From assembly GCA_913051185.1 (NCBI GenBank), contig CAJXBM010000004.1:1-62711 (forward strand): a DNA stretch of 62,711 nt, written 5' to 3'. This stretch comes from an uncultured Chloroflexota bacterium. GTDB lineage: Bacteria > Chloroflexota > Dehalococcoidia > UBA2979. The stretch's first letter is position 1; the number at the start of each line of letters is the position of its first letter. Below the pieces are notes generated by a model. It was not told the DNA's origin, did no database searches, and saw nothing but the letters and a program-made list of their open reading frames with translations. Both the position numbers and the translations under genes were made by a program. Shown here piece after piece: positions 60,507 to 62,711 of this stretch.

Positions 60507-61046
60507 TTAAGATCTCGCAATATGGGTCCGCAACGAACCCAATTGCCCTCGAGTCGATGCATCTATTAATCGGTCACCTACTCGTATAACAAGCCCACCT
60601 ATAATCGACGAATCTAACTTCGTTTCAACAATTATTTTCTTACCCATCGCAGTAGATAATTTGTCGGCTATTTCAACCGTCTGCGATTCATCTAACGGGA
60701 CAGCACTCGTGACGGTAGCGCGTGCCACGTTCTGCTCATCATCCAACAGTTCCTTAAAAAAAGACTGTATCGATGGTCCAAGTGCTAGACGATTCTTGCG
60801 CCTAAGTAACCTAAACAGATTTATTTGGTTAGCGGAAATATCTGGCATTACTCTCCGGACAATATTCTGAAAAGTATCATCGGTCATACCATCACCCTGG
60901 AGGATTTCAACATACGAGGGGTTACCAGTGAGCACATCTAAATTTTCAATAGCCTCTTGCCACTTACCTAATTCACCAGAACTCTTCGCAATTCCGAGAA
61001 CTGCTACCGCATATCTTCTTCCTGCAACGTCTCGAGTACCTGACAT
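60507..61046 (-). CDS. atpH: F0F1 ATP synthase delta subunit
   Basis: RRYAVA, VTSAVPL, IIGGLVIRVGD.LIDAS. Confidence 0.93.
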   Translation of the reverse strand: MSGTRDVAGRRYAVAVLGIAKSSGELGKWQEAIENLDVLTGNPSYVEILQGDGMTDDTFQNIVRRVMPDISANQINLFRLLRRKNRLALGPSIQSFFKELLDDEQNVARATVTSAVPLDESQTVEIADKLSTAMGKKIIVETKLDSSIIGGLVIRVGDRLIDASTRGQLGSLRTHIARS

Positions 61047-61064
61047 TATCGATGTCCGCCTTTA

Positions 61065-61685
61065 TTAATCATCTTGAGATTCACTAAAAGAAGTGCCAAT
61101 TAGAGACTCAGTTATTAACCGCTGATGAGCATTTTTATCAAGCGACTGACCAATCACTCGTTCAGCTGCATTCACTGTCAAATCAGCAAATTCAGCTCTA
61201 AGAGAATTAATGGCCTGCTGCCGTTCTGTTTCAATTTCATTTCTTGCGCGCGTCACTATCTGCTCAGCATCAGCTCGAGCCTGGGTCTCAAGTTCTTCAC
61301 TCAATCGCGCAGCAGTCTCCTGAGCCCGAGTGATTAACTGTCTGCCCTCAGCGCGGGCTTCCTCCAACGCAGCTCGAGCCTCTTCTTGGCTCTTTTCTGC
61401 AGATTCAGATGCTGCTTGAGATGCATTAAGTCCTGCCTCTATCTTCTCTCGACGCTCGTCCACAATCTTCATAATGGGACCCCAGGCCAAAAAACGAAGC
61501 ACCACTAAAAGCACTCCAAAGTTGACTAGCTGAGCTATGAGCCCCGGAACATTGATTCCTAAGGCTCCAATGCCGCCACTCTCAGCAAAAACGCCAAGAG
61601 GAGTGACAGCAAAAAAGATGCCTAACACAGCGGCGATGACAACTCGCCGACGCCACGATAAAAAATCAAATTTGATTTCCGTCAT
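61065..61685 (-). CDS. atpF: F0F1 ATP synthase subunit b with signal-peptide-like N-terminal leader
   Basis: LGIN.PGLIAQLVNF..L.FLAW.P..DERR.KI then coiled coil; AAGGAG upstream of ATG 61685. Confidence 0.92.
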   Translation of the reverse strand: MTEIKFDFLSWRRRVVIAAVLGIFFAVTPLGVFAESGGIGALGINVPGLIAQLVNFGVLLVVLRFLAWGPIMKIVDERREKIEAGLNASQAASESAEKSQEEARAALEEARAEGRQLITRAQETAARLSEELETQARADAEQIVTRARNEIETERQQAINSLRAEFADLTVNAAERVIGQSLDKNAHQRLITESLIGTSFSESQDD

Positions 61686-61753
61686 TCTCCGTGGCTCCTT
61701 CCCATACAAATCAGTACCACCAAATAATCAAATATGCATTCTCTGCAGCCCGA

Positions 61754-61771
61754 CTATTGGCTCACCAATAG
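61754..61771. promoter_or_regulatory. Stem-loop just downstream of atpE
   Basis: CTATTGG-CTCA-CCAATAG: perfect 7-bp stem, no U-tract. Confidence 0.4.
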
Positions 61772-61779
61772 ATTTATTC

Positions 61780-62124
<345 letters not shown>

Positions 62125-62186
62125 CTACCGTTGCGTCAGCTACTTCTGCAACCGACAATCTTCTTACCTTATTCAACTTACTCACC

Positions 62187-62209
62187 AGTTAAGCAACTGT
62201 TGCTCAACT
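62187..62209. promoter_or_regulatory. Near-perfect inverted repeat between atpB and atpE
   Basis: AGTTAAGCAAC-T-GTTGCTCAACT: 11-bp arms, one mismatch (G:U on minus-strand RNA). Confidence 0.4.
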
Positions 62210-62232
62210 AGTAAATTACTTATTTTCTCAGC

Positions 62233-62711
62233 CTATACGGTCAAAGCCTGTTCGACACGGGGCTGACTTCCGTGCTCTTCATCATGATCATCATGATCGC
62301 CATGAGCAGTCACTGCGGTTGCAGCAAATACCGTGGTAAGCATTGCAAAGACGAACGCTTGAACCAGACCGACAAACAATTCAAGCAAATAAAACACATC
62401 CGTCAATAAAAATGGAATTAAAAAGGTCATCATTAATAACAAAACTTCACCAGCAAATATGTTTCCAAACAAACGGAAAGTGAATGACACAATTCGTGAC
62501 AATTCACTTACGAACTCCAAGATGCCGACAAAGATATCAATAACCCCCGAGCCACCTTTTTTATAGAAATCCCAAGCAAAGAATTTTTTAAGATATGAAA
62601 TGCCGAGAGCCTGGAGACCCCATATCTCGACAAAAATAAACGAGTAAATTGCAATCGCTAACGGAGCATTCATATCAGACATTGCCGATCGCAAGGCTGG
62701 TTCGATGGCGC
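62233..62711 (-). CDS. atpB: F0F1 ATP synthase subunit a (5'-truncated by window edge)
   Basis: SFTFRLFGNIFAGE, ELFVGLVQAFVFAML; frame open to the edge; His/Asp-rich tail. Confidence 0.95.
   Translation of the reverse strand, partial: AIEPALRSAMSDMNAPLAIAIYSFIFVEIWGLQALGISYLKKFFAWDFYKKGGSGVIDIFVGILEFVSELSRIVSFTFRLFGNIFAGEVLLLMMTFLIPFLLTDVFYLLELFVGLVQAFVFAMLTTVFAATAVTAHGDHDDHDEEHGSQPRVEQALTV

Overview
A gene-dense 62.7 kb stretch of bacterial chromosome. No integrase, transposase, phage genes, rRNA or CRISPR array were seen. The style of the F0F1 operon (atpB-E-F-H-A-G-D-C then murA), heme A synthase, LLM oxidoreductases and dense paralogs of CoA-transferases, acyl-CoA dehydrogenases and SDRs suggest an aerobic heterotrophic Chloroflexota of the Dehalococcoidia (SAR202/Tepidiformales-like); this taxonomy is inference only. 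Contents: two DEAD-box helicases (one cut by the left edge and missing from the ORF track), a tRNA-Arg(TCT), NhaA, CopA with an unusual CopZ-like protein, many catabolic enzymes, and the atp operon cut at the right edge. Best candidates for undescribed biology: (1) a tightly packed operon of DUF1800, DUF1501, an NHL propeller, an apparently catalytically dead MNT and a HEPN protein, none with an export signal; (2) an aminotransferase / cytidylyltransferase-CobD-like fusion / LicD cluster that lacks a LicA kinase and may make a phosphoethanolamine- or phosphonate-type head group de novo; (3) ATP synthase subunits c and b with signal-peptide-like leaders, plus an epsilon subunit lacking its C-terminal domain; (4) MurA with the fosfomycin-resistance Cys-to-Asp change; (5) a 1.13 kb gene-free divergent region with direct repeats spaced 152-156 bp apart. 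All family calls come from motif recognition by eye, with no database searches.
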